Shown one piece after another: positions 7,758 through 15,469 of a stretch of DNA of 20,354 nt (position 1 is the first letter of the stretch; every line of letters starts with the position of its first letter). The position numbers and the translations under genes were made by a program. This stretch comes from Candidatus Omnitrophota bacterium (GTDB taxonomy: Bacteria > Verrucomicrobiota > Verrucomicrobiia > Limisphaerales > UBA1319), in the NCBI GenBank assembly GCA_023473405.1, contig JAMCZD010000444.1:1-20354 (forward strand), in the 5' to 3' direction. The notes beneath the pieces are model-generated. The model made no database searches. It had not been told where the DNA came from and saw only the letters and a program-made list of their open reading frames with translations.

Positions 7758-8621
7758 TCAATGACTCTTTTTGATAGTCGGACGAATCCGCGGCGGCAAC
7801 GGGATGCGCGGCGGCTTGGATGGCTGAGCCTTGGCCGGCGCGCTGCCGGGCGTCGATGGGGAGGCGGATGCGGAGGCGGAGGCGGAGGCGGTCCGCATCT
7901 CCGCCAGCCATTTGTCGGCGCTGATCAGGCCTTCGCCGATTTTGTTCTGCGGAAATCTGACCTGGCCCAGTTCGGGCATGGGACTTGGAGCTGACGAGAT
8001 CGGTGCGGCTTCGGCAGGCTCGGTGGCTGACCCGGCTGCCGGCTCGCCAATAATGACCTGACGCATGCCGGTTTGATAGCCATTAACCAACCATTCCAAT
8101 TGGCCGGATTGGATATCGACCAGCAGCCCATGCACGGGAATCGCGGGACCGATGAGCGGGCTGCGCCGGGCGTTTTCGACGGCGTTGATCACGTTTTGGC
8201 GTTCGCTGGCGAATAGGCCGAAGAACTCGTTCAGGTTTGACGGCAATTGGGCTCGATCGATGCCCTGGGCGAGAAACAGGTCGGTTAACTCCAGAACCGT
8301 CGTATGGGAGACGCGGCAATCGGTGTGCCCGATAATGGCGATTTCTTTGCCGCCCTTGAGGGCGCAGGCCAAGGCAAGGGACCGTATCGTGCTGCTGAGC
8401 GGGTGGGTGATGACGTTGCCCGCATTGCGCAACCAGATGAAATCCTCCTCGGCGATGCCCAAGACTTCGGGCATGAGCGGGTTCAGACGCGGATCGATGC
8501 AGGTAAGGGCCACGACCGGCAACGCGTTTGAATAATCGGCGAGTTGCAACCCGGCAGTGGGATCGCCGGCGGCAGCGCGATGATTGGCATCGATGATCGC
8601 TTCGAACAAACGCATAACCAA
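7758..8621 (-). CDS. Beta-class carbonic anhydrase (Cab/Rv1284-like clade) with a ~100-aa Ala/Ser/Pro-rich low-complexity C-terminal extension
   Basis: Zinc-ligand motifs CIDPR (C-x-D-x-R) and GHTDC (H-x-x-C). RNAGN motif. The catalytic domain spans roughly aa 1-185. The tail is ...ASASASASASPSTPGSAPAKAQPSKPPRIPLPPRIRPTIKKSH. The start lies 19 bp downstream of the flotillin stop on the same strand. Confidence 0.8.
   Translation of the reverse strand: MVMRLFEAIIDANHRAAAGDPTAGLQLADYSNALPVVALTCIDPRLNPLMPEVLGIAEEDFIWLRNAGNVITHPLSSTIRSLALACALKGGKEIAIIGHTDCRVSHTTVLELTDLFLAQGIDRAQLPSNLNEFFGLFASERQNVINAVENARRSPLIGPAIPVHGLLVDIQSGQLEWLVNGYQTGMRQVIIGEPAAGSATEPAEAAPISSAPSPMPELGQVRFPQNKIGEGLISADKWLAEMRTASASASASASPSTPGSAPAKAQPSKPPRIPLPPRIRPTIKKSH
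7859..7888. repeat. Hexanucleotide tandem repeat (GGAGGC)5 with one GGATGC variant, inside the coding sequence of the carbonic-anhydrase tail. It encodes (Ala-Ser)n on the minus strand.
   Basis: Read directly: ggaggc ggatgc ggaggc ggaggc ggaggc. Confidence 0.7.
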
Positions 8622-8640
8622 AGCTCCAGAAGGCAGCGGG

Positions 8641-10176
8641 CTACGCTTGGGTGACTTCCTTGGTCGCGATTTTTTTCAAGGCAGGGATTTGGGCCAGCAA
8701 CTGCTCGAGTTTGATTCCCGTCAGACCTTCGATCACCGGCGGCAACTGGCTCACAATTTGGGTAACATCGGCGGTTAACCGGCTGGCTCCGCTCGCGGCC
8801 CCATTGCCACTATTGACGATGACGATCTTATCGGTTTTGGAGAGCGGTTCGCTGATCTTTCCGGCCAGCTCAGGCAGAATCCGGATGATCATCTCGATAA
8901 CCGCCGCCTGGTTGTATTCCTTGAATGAGTCGGCCTTGGTGCGCATTGCCTCGGCGGTTGCCTTGCCCTGGGCCTCGATGATGGCGGCCTCGGCCAGGCC
9001 TCGAGCTCTATTGGCCTCGGCCTCGGCCAGACCGGTGGCCTTGGCAACTTCGGCGGCGGCGAAGCCTTTTACCTTGTTGGCCGAAGCGGTTCCGGATGCC
9101 TCGGTCTCGAGCTGGAACTTGGTGGCGGCAGCCAGGGTCTCGACACGGTAACGCTCGGCATCCGCCGGCTTTTGGACGTTGGCTTCGAGATCGCGTTGTT
9201 TGCGGAGGATTTCCTGCTGCTGCAGCTCAATCTGCTTCTGTTTCGCCACGATGTCGACTTGCATCTCCTCGGCCTTGACCAACTGGCCGGTCTTGAACTT
9301 TTGCAGGTCGTAGGCCAGGTCGGCTTCGGCCTTTTTCTGGTTCACGGCGGCCTGGTACTGGGCGACGTTCATTTGGTAATCGCGTTGAGCCTCGGCGATC
9401 TTGGAATCGGCTTGGAACTTGGCTTCCTGACCGGCTTGGGCGGCCTGGGCGGAGCGGATCATGGCATCGCGGTCTGCCTCTGCCTGGGCCACCACGGCGT
9501 CGCGTTTGACTTGGGCGATCCGTGGTTTGCCCAATGCCTCGAGATAGCCCTGGCTGTCCCGAATGTCGCGTATGGTGAAGCTGACGATGCCCAGGCCCAT
9601 GTTCGCCATGTCTCCGGCAGCCACTTCCTGGACTTTAGCGGCGAAGGCATCGCGGTTCTGATAAATGTCCTCGACGGTCATGGTACCGAGGATGGCGCGC
9701 AAATGGCCTTCGAGCGTTTGCCGTGCAATGGCCTCGATCTGCTCGGGGCGCTTGGTGAGAAATTGCTCCGCCGCCGTTGCAATCGAAATGTCGTCGCCCT
9801 TGACCTTGATTTGGGCCACACCATCCACGCGCACCGGCACCCCTTTGCTCGTATAAACATCCTGCTGCTGCTCGACGTCGATGGTTATCAACTCCAGCGA
9901 GAGCGTGTTCACCTTTTCCACTACCGGCAACACAAAGGTCCCGCCACCCTTGACAATCCGGAATCCGCGGCTCCGGATCGTGCCGTCCGGGTCCACATAC
10001 CGGTGCGTGCGGCCGGAGACGACCAGCACCTCGTTCGGGCCGGCCTTGGTGTAGCGGCTGGCGTATACCGCCATGGCGAGGAAGACCACGAAAAGGATGC
10101 CGAGGATAACCAGGGCAATAATAGACCAACCGGTGGCGAGCGATACAGCTATAATCATGTTATCGATAGGATGCAT
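8641..10176 (-). CDS. floT: Flotillin-like SPFH/band-7 protein (YqiK/FloT family), 511 aa
   Basis: N-terminal TM helix. SPFH domain (GPNEVLVVSGR...RIVKGGGTFVLPVVEKV). Long Glu/Ala-rich coiled-coil flotillin tail (EAEANRARGLAEAAIIEAQGKATAEAMR). Confidence 0.9.
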   Translation of the reverse strand: MHPIDNMIIAVSLATGWSIIALVILGILFVVFLAMAVYASRYTKAGPNEVLVVSGRTHRYVDPDGTIRSRGFRIVKGGGTFVLPVVEKVNTLSLELITIDVEQQQDVYTSKGVPVRVDGVAQIKVKGDDISIATAAEQFLTKRPEQIEAIARQTLEGHLRAILGTMTVEDIYQNRDAFAAKVQEVAAGDMANMGLGIVSFTIRDIRDSQGYLEALGKPRIAQVKRDAVVAQAEADRDAMIRSAQAAQAGQEAKFQADSKIAEAQRDYQMNVAQYQAAVNQKKAEADLAYDLQKFKTGQLVKAEEMQVDIVAKQKQIELQQQEILRKQRDLEANVQKPADAERYRVETLAAATKFQLETEASGTASANKVKGFAAAEVAKATGLAEAEANRARGLAEAAIIEAQGKATAEAMRTKADSFKEYNQAAVIEMIIRILPELAGKISEPLSKTDKIVIVNSGNGAASGASRLTADVTQIVSQLPPVIEGLTGIKLEQLLAQIPALKKIATKEVTQA

Positions 10177-10217
10177 GGTGATTTGTATTTATAATAGTAA
10201 ATCCAACCCGGTTCCCG

Positions 10218-10784
10218 TTATACCGGGACCACGTAAAATTGTGAACCGACGATCCGGGTGATCACCACCGTTTGGCCGTTTGGAATGGCCGTGCCGCTCT
10301 CCTCGCGTGCCGGCGCCGTGTAGCGGCATCCCGATTGGATATAGGCAATCTCACCTACCCCCTTCTCGGGTATCGCAGTGATTATCGTCGCCGATTGGCC
10401 AATCAATTCAGCCACCTTCGACTCGCTCGAACTCTGGGTGCGGCGGAAGATTTGTTGGAAGAGGAGAAACACCAAAGCGGCAATGACCAGCCCGCCAAAA
10501 GCGGCCAGCACGGCGCTGATCAAGGGGGTGTGCGTGGACTCGAATTCGCTGAAAATCATCCCCAAACCGCCAAATGCCGTCACGAAGGCTGCGATCGTGG
10601 TGGGGCTGAGCGGTGAAAATCCGGGCATTTCATGGGCGCCAATGCCCGGTTCGACATGCACACTGTGGCCAACATCGAAGTGGGCGTCGTGGCCGCCGAA
10701 AACGTCTGCGGCAAAGGCACTGATTAACGCGAACAATAAGCCGACCCCGAAACATATGACGTAGATGATAAAAAGTGCATCCAT
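10218..10784 (-). CDS. nfeD: NfeD-like membrane protein (YqiJ-type, short NfeD with C-terminal OB fold), flotillin partner
   Basis: Multi-TM N-terminal region and a C-terminal beta-rich domain (GQTVVITRIVGSQFYVVPV). Sits immediately upstream of the flotillin gene on the same strand, the canonical yqiJ-yqiK arrangement. Confidence 0.7.
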   Translation of the reverse strand: MDALFIIYVICFGVGLLFALISAFAADVFGGHDAHFDVGHSVHVEPGIGAHEMPGFSPLSPTTIAAFVTAFGGLGMIFSEFESTHTPLISAVLAAFGGLVIAALVFLLFQQIFRRTQSSSESKVAELIGQSATIITAIPEKGVGEIAYIQSGCRYTAPAREESGTAIPNGQTVVITRIVGSQFYVVPV

Positions 10785-10897
10785 AACGCACCGTCCGCTT
10801 TTCTGTGAGATTGTCTACCAGATTAACGCTCAGCGAACGATTTCCCGCAAGAAAAATCATCCGGGCAATGCCAATGCATGATGGCCTCATCGAGAAT

Positions 10898-11012
10898 GGT
10901 TTTGTGTCCCGATCGGACCATATTTTCAATACATCGGCGCGAGCGGCCTGGGCGTGCAGCGTCGGTTTTGTGGGCCGATCGGGACATTATTTCGTTACCT
11001 CGACGTCAGCGG
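10898..11012. repeat. Imperfect ~49-bp direct repeat, two copies (10898-10946 and 10964-11012, period 66 bp, ~70-75% identity) with core GGTTTTGTG(T/G)(C/G)CCGATCGG, in the divergent intergenic region between nfeD and the first URO-D-like gene
   Basis: Aligned by eye: ggttttgtgtcccgatcggaccatattttcaatacatcggcgcgagcgg versus ggttttgtgggccgatcgggacattatttcgttacctcgacgtcagcgg. Confidence 0.5.
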
Positions 11013-11148
11013 TTGGGAGCGCAGTGTTGCGTGAATTTGATGTCATTCCGGCTGACGCCGTGGTATGGCTCGACGAAATGTGTCACGATGCAATTCTATG
11101 AATCTGGATGCGAATCCTTCGAGTTCAGGGCGGGTTGAACCGCGGCTC

Positions 11149-12255
11149 ATGACGCCGCGCCGGCGATGGCTGGCGCTTCTGGAAGGCGCTCAAGCGGACC
11201 GGGTTCCCACTGATTACCAGGCCACCATCGAGGTCACCCGGCGGTTGTTGCGGGATTTGAACTGTGCCGATGAGAACGCCCTGTGGCAGCGGCTCGGCGT
11301 GGATAAACGGCAATTCGTCGAGCCCAAATGGCATTCGCCCCGGAGGGAGGGGCAAGGGACGGGGGAACGGGAAGTCTCCACAACCGACAGACAAGGATGC
11401 CTGCCCCACCTTTCCAGCGATCTCGAGGCCGACCCGTGGGGAGTTCGCTACCGGCAAGTCAATTATGGGCCGGGCGAATACAAGGAGCCGGTATTTCATC
11501 CGCTGGCAACGGCCAAGTCGGTGGCCGACATTCATGGGCATCAATGGCCGAGACCGGATGATTACGATTACACTGGGGTTTCTCGAGCCGTCCAATCGGC
11601 TGACCCCGATTATCCGATTCACGCCGGGTGCTTCGAGCCCTTCCTGCTCTATGGTTACCTGCGGGGTTTGGATCAATCGTTCGAGGACCTCGCGCTTCAT
11701 CCCGACATTGCGGATGCCATTCTGGGTCACCTTTTCGATTTCTATCATGAACATCACCGGCGCATCTTCGAAGCCGGCCAAGGCAGGATTGATTTGACTT
11801 GGGTAGCCGAGGACCTTGGCGCGCAGACGGGTCCGTTGATGAGCCTGGCCATGTACCGTCGGTTTCTGAGACCGAACCAGGTGAAGATGGCTGATTTGGC
11901 CCGGCGCCACGGGATTCACGTCATGTATCACACCGACGGGGCTGCGCGCGTCTTTCTACCCGACTTGATCGATCACGTGGGCATCGAAATCCTGAACCCG
12001 ATTCAATGGCGCTGCCGCGGCATGGACCGCGATGGACTGGTGCGCGATTTCGGCCGGTACATCATCTTTCACGGGTCGATCGACAACCAGCAAACCCTGG
12101 CCTTCGGGACCGTAGCCGACGTTGTCAATGAAGTCCGCGATTCAATCCGGATCTACCAAAACGCGCGTTGGATTTGCGCCCCCTGTCACAACCTGCAACC
12201 CATTACGCCCACCGCCAATATCGTGGCCATGTATGAAGCAATCCATGAAGCCTGA
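11149..12255 (+). CDS. Uroporphyrinogen-decarboxylase (URO-D) family protein, paralog 1. Non-HemE-like, probably a methyltransferase or decarboxylase-like enzyme of unknown substrate.
   Basis: URO-D family C-terminal signature (HTDGAARVFLPDLIDHVGIEILNPIQW...IIFHGSIDNQQTLAFGTVADVVNEVRDSI...NLQPITPTANIVAMYEA). The start is ambiguous: ATG at 11065, 11098 or 11149. I chose 11149 (MTPRRRWLALLEG) because it parallels the N-terminus of the downstream paralog. Contains a low-complexity insertion, SPRREGQGTGEREVSTTDRQG. Confidence 0.75.
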   Translation: MTPRRRWLALLEGAQADRVPTDYQATIEVTRRLLRDLNCADENALWQRLGVDKRQFVEPKWHSPRREGQGTGEREVSTTDRQGCLPHLSSDLEADPWGVRYRQVNYGPGEYKEPVFHPLATAKSVADIHGHQWPRPDDYDYTGVSRAVQSADPDYPIHAGCFEPFLLYGYLRGLDQSFEDLALHPDIADAILGHLFDFYHEHHRRIFEAGQGRIDLTWVAEDLGAQTGPLMSLAMYRRFLRPNQVKMADLARRHGIHVMYHTDGAARVFLPDLIDHVGIEILNPIQWRCRGMDRDGLVRDFGRYIIFHGSIDNQQTLAFGTVADVVNEVRDSIRIYQNARWICAPCHNLQPITPTANIVAMYEAIHEA

Positions 12256-13414
12256 ATCTTCGAATTCCGAATGGACCAGCCGGCGCCGCCTGTTAACCGC
12301 CCTGGAAGGCGGCATTCCCGACCGGGTGCCGATCAACACCTACGAATTGGCCGGGCTGAACAGCCTGGATTGGTATAATCAACAGCCCAGCTATCGCGGC
12401 CTCATGGACTATATCCGCGCCCGCACGGACTGCATTACCAATTGGAATCCGCAACCGGCCGGCGACCGCTACATTGGCACCGAACGATTCCTTTGTTCGG
12501 ATCACCCGGTCGAGATCAAGACGCGCGCTGAGAAAATCGGCTCCAGCACTCGCACCACGCATGTTTGCCACACGCCCAAAGGCGACCTCCGTTCGGTAAC
12601 CCAGGTCGATCCCAGGCTCTACACGACGTGGAACCTCGAGCATTGGTGCAAGAACACTGAAGACGTCGATCGTGCCTTGAGTGTCCCCTACGAGCCGGCG
12701 CGGTATGATGCCTCGGACTACCCGCGGGTGTCCGCTGAGTTAGGCGATCATGGGATTGTCATGGCCTCGCTGGGCGACCCCGCCTACCTCGCCGCGGACC
12801 TGATGTCGTTCCAGGATTTCCTGGTCTGGGCCTTCGAGGAAACCGAACACTACGCGCGCACGGTCGAGACCGTGGCCGAGCGGGTCATGGAAAACCTCCG
12901 CCGCCAATTGGCTTGCTGTCCCGTGGACCTTTACCGCATCTGCGGCCCCGAATACATGACCCCGCCTTACCTGCCTCCGTCCATGTTCGAACGTTTCATG
13001 GTGCCGCATTTGCGGAAGATGACGGAGCTGGTCCACGCCGCGGGCCGCAAGGTGCGCCTCCACTGCCACGGCAGGATAGGTCGGGTGCTCGACCTCATCC
13101 TCGAGACCGGTGTGGATGGGATCGATCCCTGCGAGCCGCCTCCTGACGGCGACCTCGAACTGGACAAGGTAAAACGCCGATGCCAAGCGCACAATGTCTC
13201 GGTCTGGGGCAATATCGAGCTGAAACTGCTCGAGCAAGGCGACCCACGGCAGGTCCGCGCCGAGGTTCGCCGTATCATGGACCAGGCCAAGGCCGGCGGC
13301 GGCTTTGTGCTCTTGCCCACCGCCGCGCCCATCAATGTCCCGCTTTCTCCCAGAACCGAGGAGAACTACCGCGCGTTTATCGACGCCGGCCTCGAGTTTG
13401 GGCAATACCAGTAA
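12245..13414 (+). CDS. URO-D family protein, paralog 2
   Basis: Conserved N-terminus RRRLLTALEGGIPDRVP. C-terminal GDPRQVRAEVRRIMDQAKAGGGFVLLPTAAPINVPLSPRTEENYRAFIDA. ATG at 12245 (MKPESSNSEW) overlaps the stop of paralog 1 (12253-12255). The listed ORF extends to 12122, but that part would overlap paralog 1. Confidence 0.75.
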   Translation: MKPESSNSEWTSRRRLLTALEGGIPDRVPINTYELAGLNSLDWYNQQPSYRGLMDYIRARTDCITNWNPQPAGDRYIGTERFLCSDHPVEIKTRAEKIGSSTRTTHVCHTPKGDLRSVTQVDPRLYTTWNLEHWCKNTEDVDRALSVPYEPARYDASDYPRVSAELGDHGIVMASLGDPAYLAADLMSFQDFLVWAFEETEHYARTVETVAERVMENLRRQLACCPVDLYRICGPEYMTPPYLPPSMFERFMVPHLRKMTELVHAAGRKVRLHCHGRIGRVLDLILETGVDGIDPCEPPPDGDLELDKVKRRCQAHNVSVWGNIELKLLEQGDPRQVRAEVRRIMDQAKAGGGFVLLPTAAPINVPLSPRTEENYRAFIDAGLEFGQYQ

Positions 13415-13509
13415 GAGCGTGGAGTGTGGAACGTGGAGCGTGAAGCGAGCTTCCTTCCCGTCTCTTTCGTCCCTTTGGTCTCTTTGAGTCCCTTCATTGT
13501 TAGTGTCGT

Positions 13510-14157
13510 TCAAGGGCACTTTACTTGCAGGCCGTCGCGGGTGGCGAAGCGCGCGATAACGCCTCCATCTCCGGCGTGACTGTACCAACTCGAGCTTGCC
13601 AACGGCGCATGCGGGTCCTGGCTGCGGGCGCTATCGGGGCGCGGCGCGAGGCTCCAAACCACCCAGCGGACCGGCGCCTCTTTTGGGCTCGAGTACCATT
13701 GCCCATTCGTGCTCGAACAGAGCGGGAAGTCAGATGGGACCCACAACTTGAACGTGCCCCCGGGCGACCCATTTAGCAGGTATGGCCCCGGCGCGGCATA
13801 TTTGTAGGTATGGTTGGGATTGAACAGGTCGGCCATGTTGACAGCCATGCCGGGTTGATCGCCGCCGGGCAGGTAGTGCTGCTCGGCCAGCTCGACCGGG
13901 AATTGGCACCAGTGCTCGGCGAGGTCGGTGTTGCAATTGGCGCGCACAGGAGGCAGTTGGCCGTCGTGGTCATCGGCATACATTTCCAGCGCCAAACCCA
14001 GCCCGTAGAGCTCGGCGTGAACCCTGGCTACCTTGGCCTTCTCCTTGGCGCGTGCCAGGGCGGGCAGCAAAAGCCCGGCGAGTATTGCCAGGATTCCTAT
14101 CGCCACCAGCAGCTCGACCAGGGTGAACCCGGAGTCATGGTTCCGCGAAGTGCGCAT
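13510..14157 (-). CDS. Prepilin-type N-terminal cleavage/methylation domain protein of the PVC DUF1559 (H-X9-DG-like) family (pseudopilin-like)
   Basis: Class-III signal/pilin motif GFTLVELLVAIGILAILAGLLLPALARAKEKAK after a short leader MRTSRNHDS. C-terminal His/Asp-Gly-rich region SHAGDGGVIARFATRDG. Start set at the ATG 10 bp downstream of the preceding gene's stop; the listed ORF extends to 14238. Confidence 0.75.
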   Translation of the reverse strand: MRTSRNHDSGFTLVELLVAIGILAILAGLLLPALARAKEKAKVARVHAELYGLGLALEMYADDHDGQLPPVRANCNTDLAEHWCQFPVELAEQHYLPGGDQPGMAVNMADLFNPNHTYKYAAPGPYLLNGSPGGTFKLWVPSDFPLCSSTNGQWYSSPKEAPVRWVVWSLAPRPDSARSQDPHAPLASSSWYSHAGDGGVIARFATRDGLQVKCP

Positions 14158-14167
14158 GGCGTAAGAG

Positions 14168-15316
14168 TCAATCTGTCTTTCGAAGGCGATAGAACCGCTC
14201 GGGGGGCGAGGGAGAAACCAACACCGTGTTGCTGCCATCGATCAGGACCGGCGTGTTGGTGACCGGGAACCAATTCGTCGCGTTGAGATCGGTTTGATAC
14301 TCGAGCTGGTAAGCCACGCCGTCGGCTGGCCAGGAAACGGTGACCTTGAGCGCAATGCCGATCGAGGGTGGTTCCCGCGGTATGACCTGCTGCACGAATA
14401 GCTCGTAACCGTTCGTGCCCTGGAGACCCGAGCCGGACTCCTGGGTGAAAATGCCGACGGCATCGAACCGTTTCACCGGGGCCGGTCCCAGGCTGTATCG
14501 CGGCGTGCGGAGCGTGAAGCAGCGTCCGGCGCCATCGGTCACGACACATTTGCGATCGTCCCATCGCGCCGCCGGATTCCAACCGTTGGTCGTTTCCAGG
14601 GTGAGGTTATTGATGCGGACGCGCATTCCTTGAAAATGTTCGCCGCCCGAGGCTCGAGTGGGATCGAAGATATCTTCGGAGGTGTCGGGGTTGCCGTCGT
14701 CGATCCGCATGACATCGGCGAGGGTGATCGTCTCCGGAGCCGGCAGCCCATAGTTGGACGTAACCAGCGAAATCTCGAAATTCTTCGCCGGATCGATGTC
14801 GTGTCCTTCGTTGATATTGCGTTTGCCCCCGTAGAAAAGGGCCTGCCGGGCTGTGACCTGGATGAGGTCGCCGGCGCGGAACTTGTGCCCTGTGGACGGA
14901 TCAGAGTTCAACCGGTTGATCTCGGCCACCCAGGCATCGTTTGGGTAGCTGAATAGATCATCGTGAGGTGGAACAATATTGGCGTAGTTCTGGCCCATCC
15001 AGCACGTGGTGCCGCCGCGGTCGCCCGGCGCAACGGCTTGAATCGCAATCTGCCATTCGCCGCCCATCATCCCCGCGTTCAGCCCGTTGTTCCAGGGAAT
15101 GAAATCCGGCGTGGAATCGAGCATCTCATCCGGGTCGCATAGCAGAACCCCGGTAAGTGTGATGGGGAAGTTGCCGTTCCAGGCGCTCGTGCCCGTGTCG
15201 GTAACGGCTTGAAGGCCGGCGTGGGTTTCCGGTGTTCCGGCGGCAGTGACCGCGAAGGTTCCGGTCGCGGCCAGGAACCCCAGGACCGCCCGTGTTATCA
15301 GATGGTTCAAATGCAT
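14168..15316 (-). CDS. Secreted hypothetical protein (382 aa) with a C-terminal beta-sandwich-like domain ending ...YQLEYQTDLNATNWFPV...ERFYRLRKTD
   Basis: N-terminal signal peptide MHLNHLITRAVLGFLAATGTFAVTAAG. Gly/Asn/Thr-rich sequence typical of a beta-rich extracellular protein. The C-terminal W...LEYxTDLxxxxW...FYRL motif recurs at the C-termini of many PVC secreted proteins (from memory). It immediately precedes the DUF1559 gene on the same strand. Confidence 0.6.
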   Translation of the reverse strand: MHLNHLITRAVLGFLAATGTFAVTAAGTPETHAGLQAVTDTGTSAWNGNFPITLTGVLLCDPDEMLDSTPDFIPWNNGLNAGMMGGEWQIAIQAVAPGDRGGTTCWMGQNYANIVPPHDDLFSYPNDAWVAEINRLNSDPSTGHKFRAGDLIQVTARQALFYGGKRNINEGHDIDPAKNFEISLVTSNYGLPAPETITLADVMRIDDGNPDTSEDIFDPTRASGGEHFQGMRVRINNLTLETTNGWNPAARWDDRKCVVTDGAGRCFTLRTPRYSLGPAPVKRFDAVGIFTQESGSGLQGTNGYELFVQQVIPREPPSIGIALKVTVSWPADGVAYQLEYQTDLNATNWFPVTNTPVLIDGSNTVLVSPSPPERFYRLRKTD

Positions 15317-15351
15317 AGTGTGCGCATCGGTGTTTACGTTTTCAACTCGTT

Positions 15352-15454
15352 GACGGCGTTATCGCCGTTGTCACGCCGGGTGATAGGCTTGACTCACACC
15401 GGCGATAGGTGTTACGACTTGCCTATTATATAACACCACTCGATGAGTGTTACG
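15352..15454. promoter_or_regulatory. Cluster of small palindromes and direct repeats in the 153-bp divergent promoter region: ACGGCG-TTAT-CGCCGT (15353-15368), ATAGG-N12-CCTAT (15405-15426), and GTGTTACG x2 (15409-15416, 15447-15454)
   Basis: Read directly from the sequence between the divergent starts at 15316 (minus) and 15470 (plus). Confidence 0.3.
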
Positions 15455-15469
15455 CAATAATCAAATCGT

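Noticed and set aside
6640-7911. 423-aa ORF on the minus strand
   Set aside because: It is antisense to the signal-peptide TIM-barrel gene and the CA tail. Its translation is Arg/Ala/Gly-rich with no recognisable motifs, the usual spurious long antisense ORF of a high-GC genome.
9172-10194. 340-aa ORF on the plus strand
   Set aside because: Antisense to the flotillin gene, whose SPFH and coiled-coil motifs are unambiguous. The translation is low-complexity (L/G/D-rich).
10805-11138. Small ORFs 10805..11101 and 10878..11138 in the nfeD/URO-D divergent region
   Set aside because: Their apparent internal peptide repeat is simply the translation of the DNA direct repeat. They occupy the expected promoter space. 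I treated the region as regulatory DNA.
11125-13588. Minus-strand ORFs 11125..11931 (268 aa) and 12740..13588 (282 aa)
   Set aside because: Antisense to the two URO-D-family genes. No motifs, Arg/Gly/Pro-rich.
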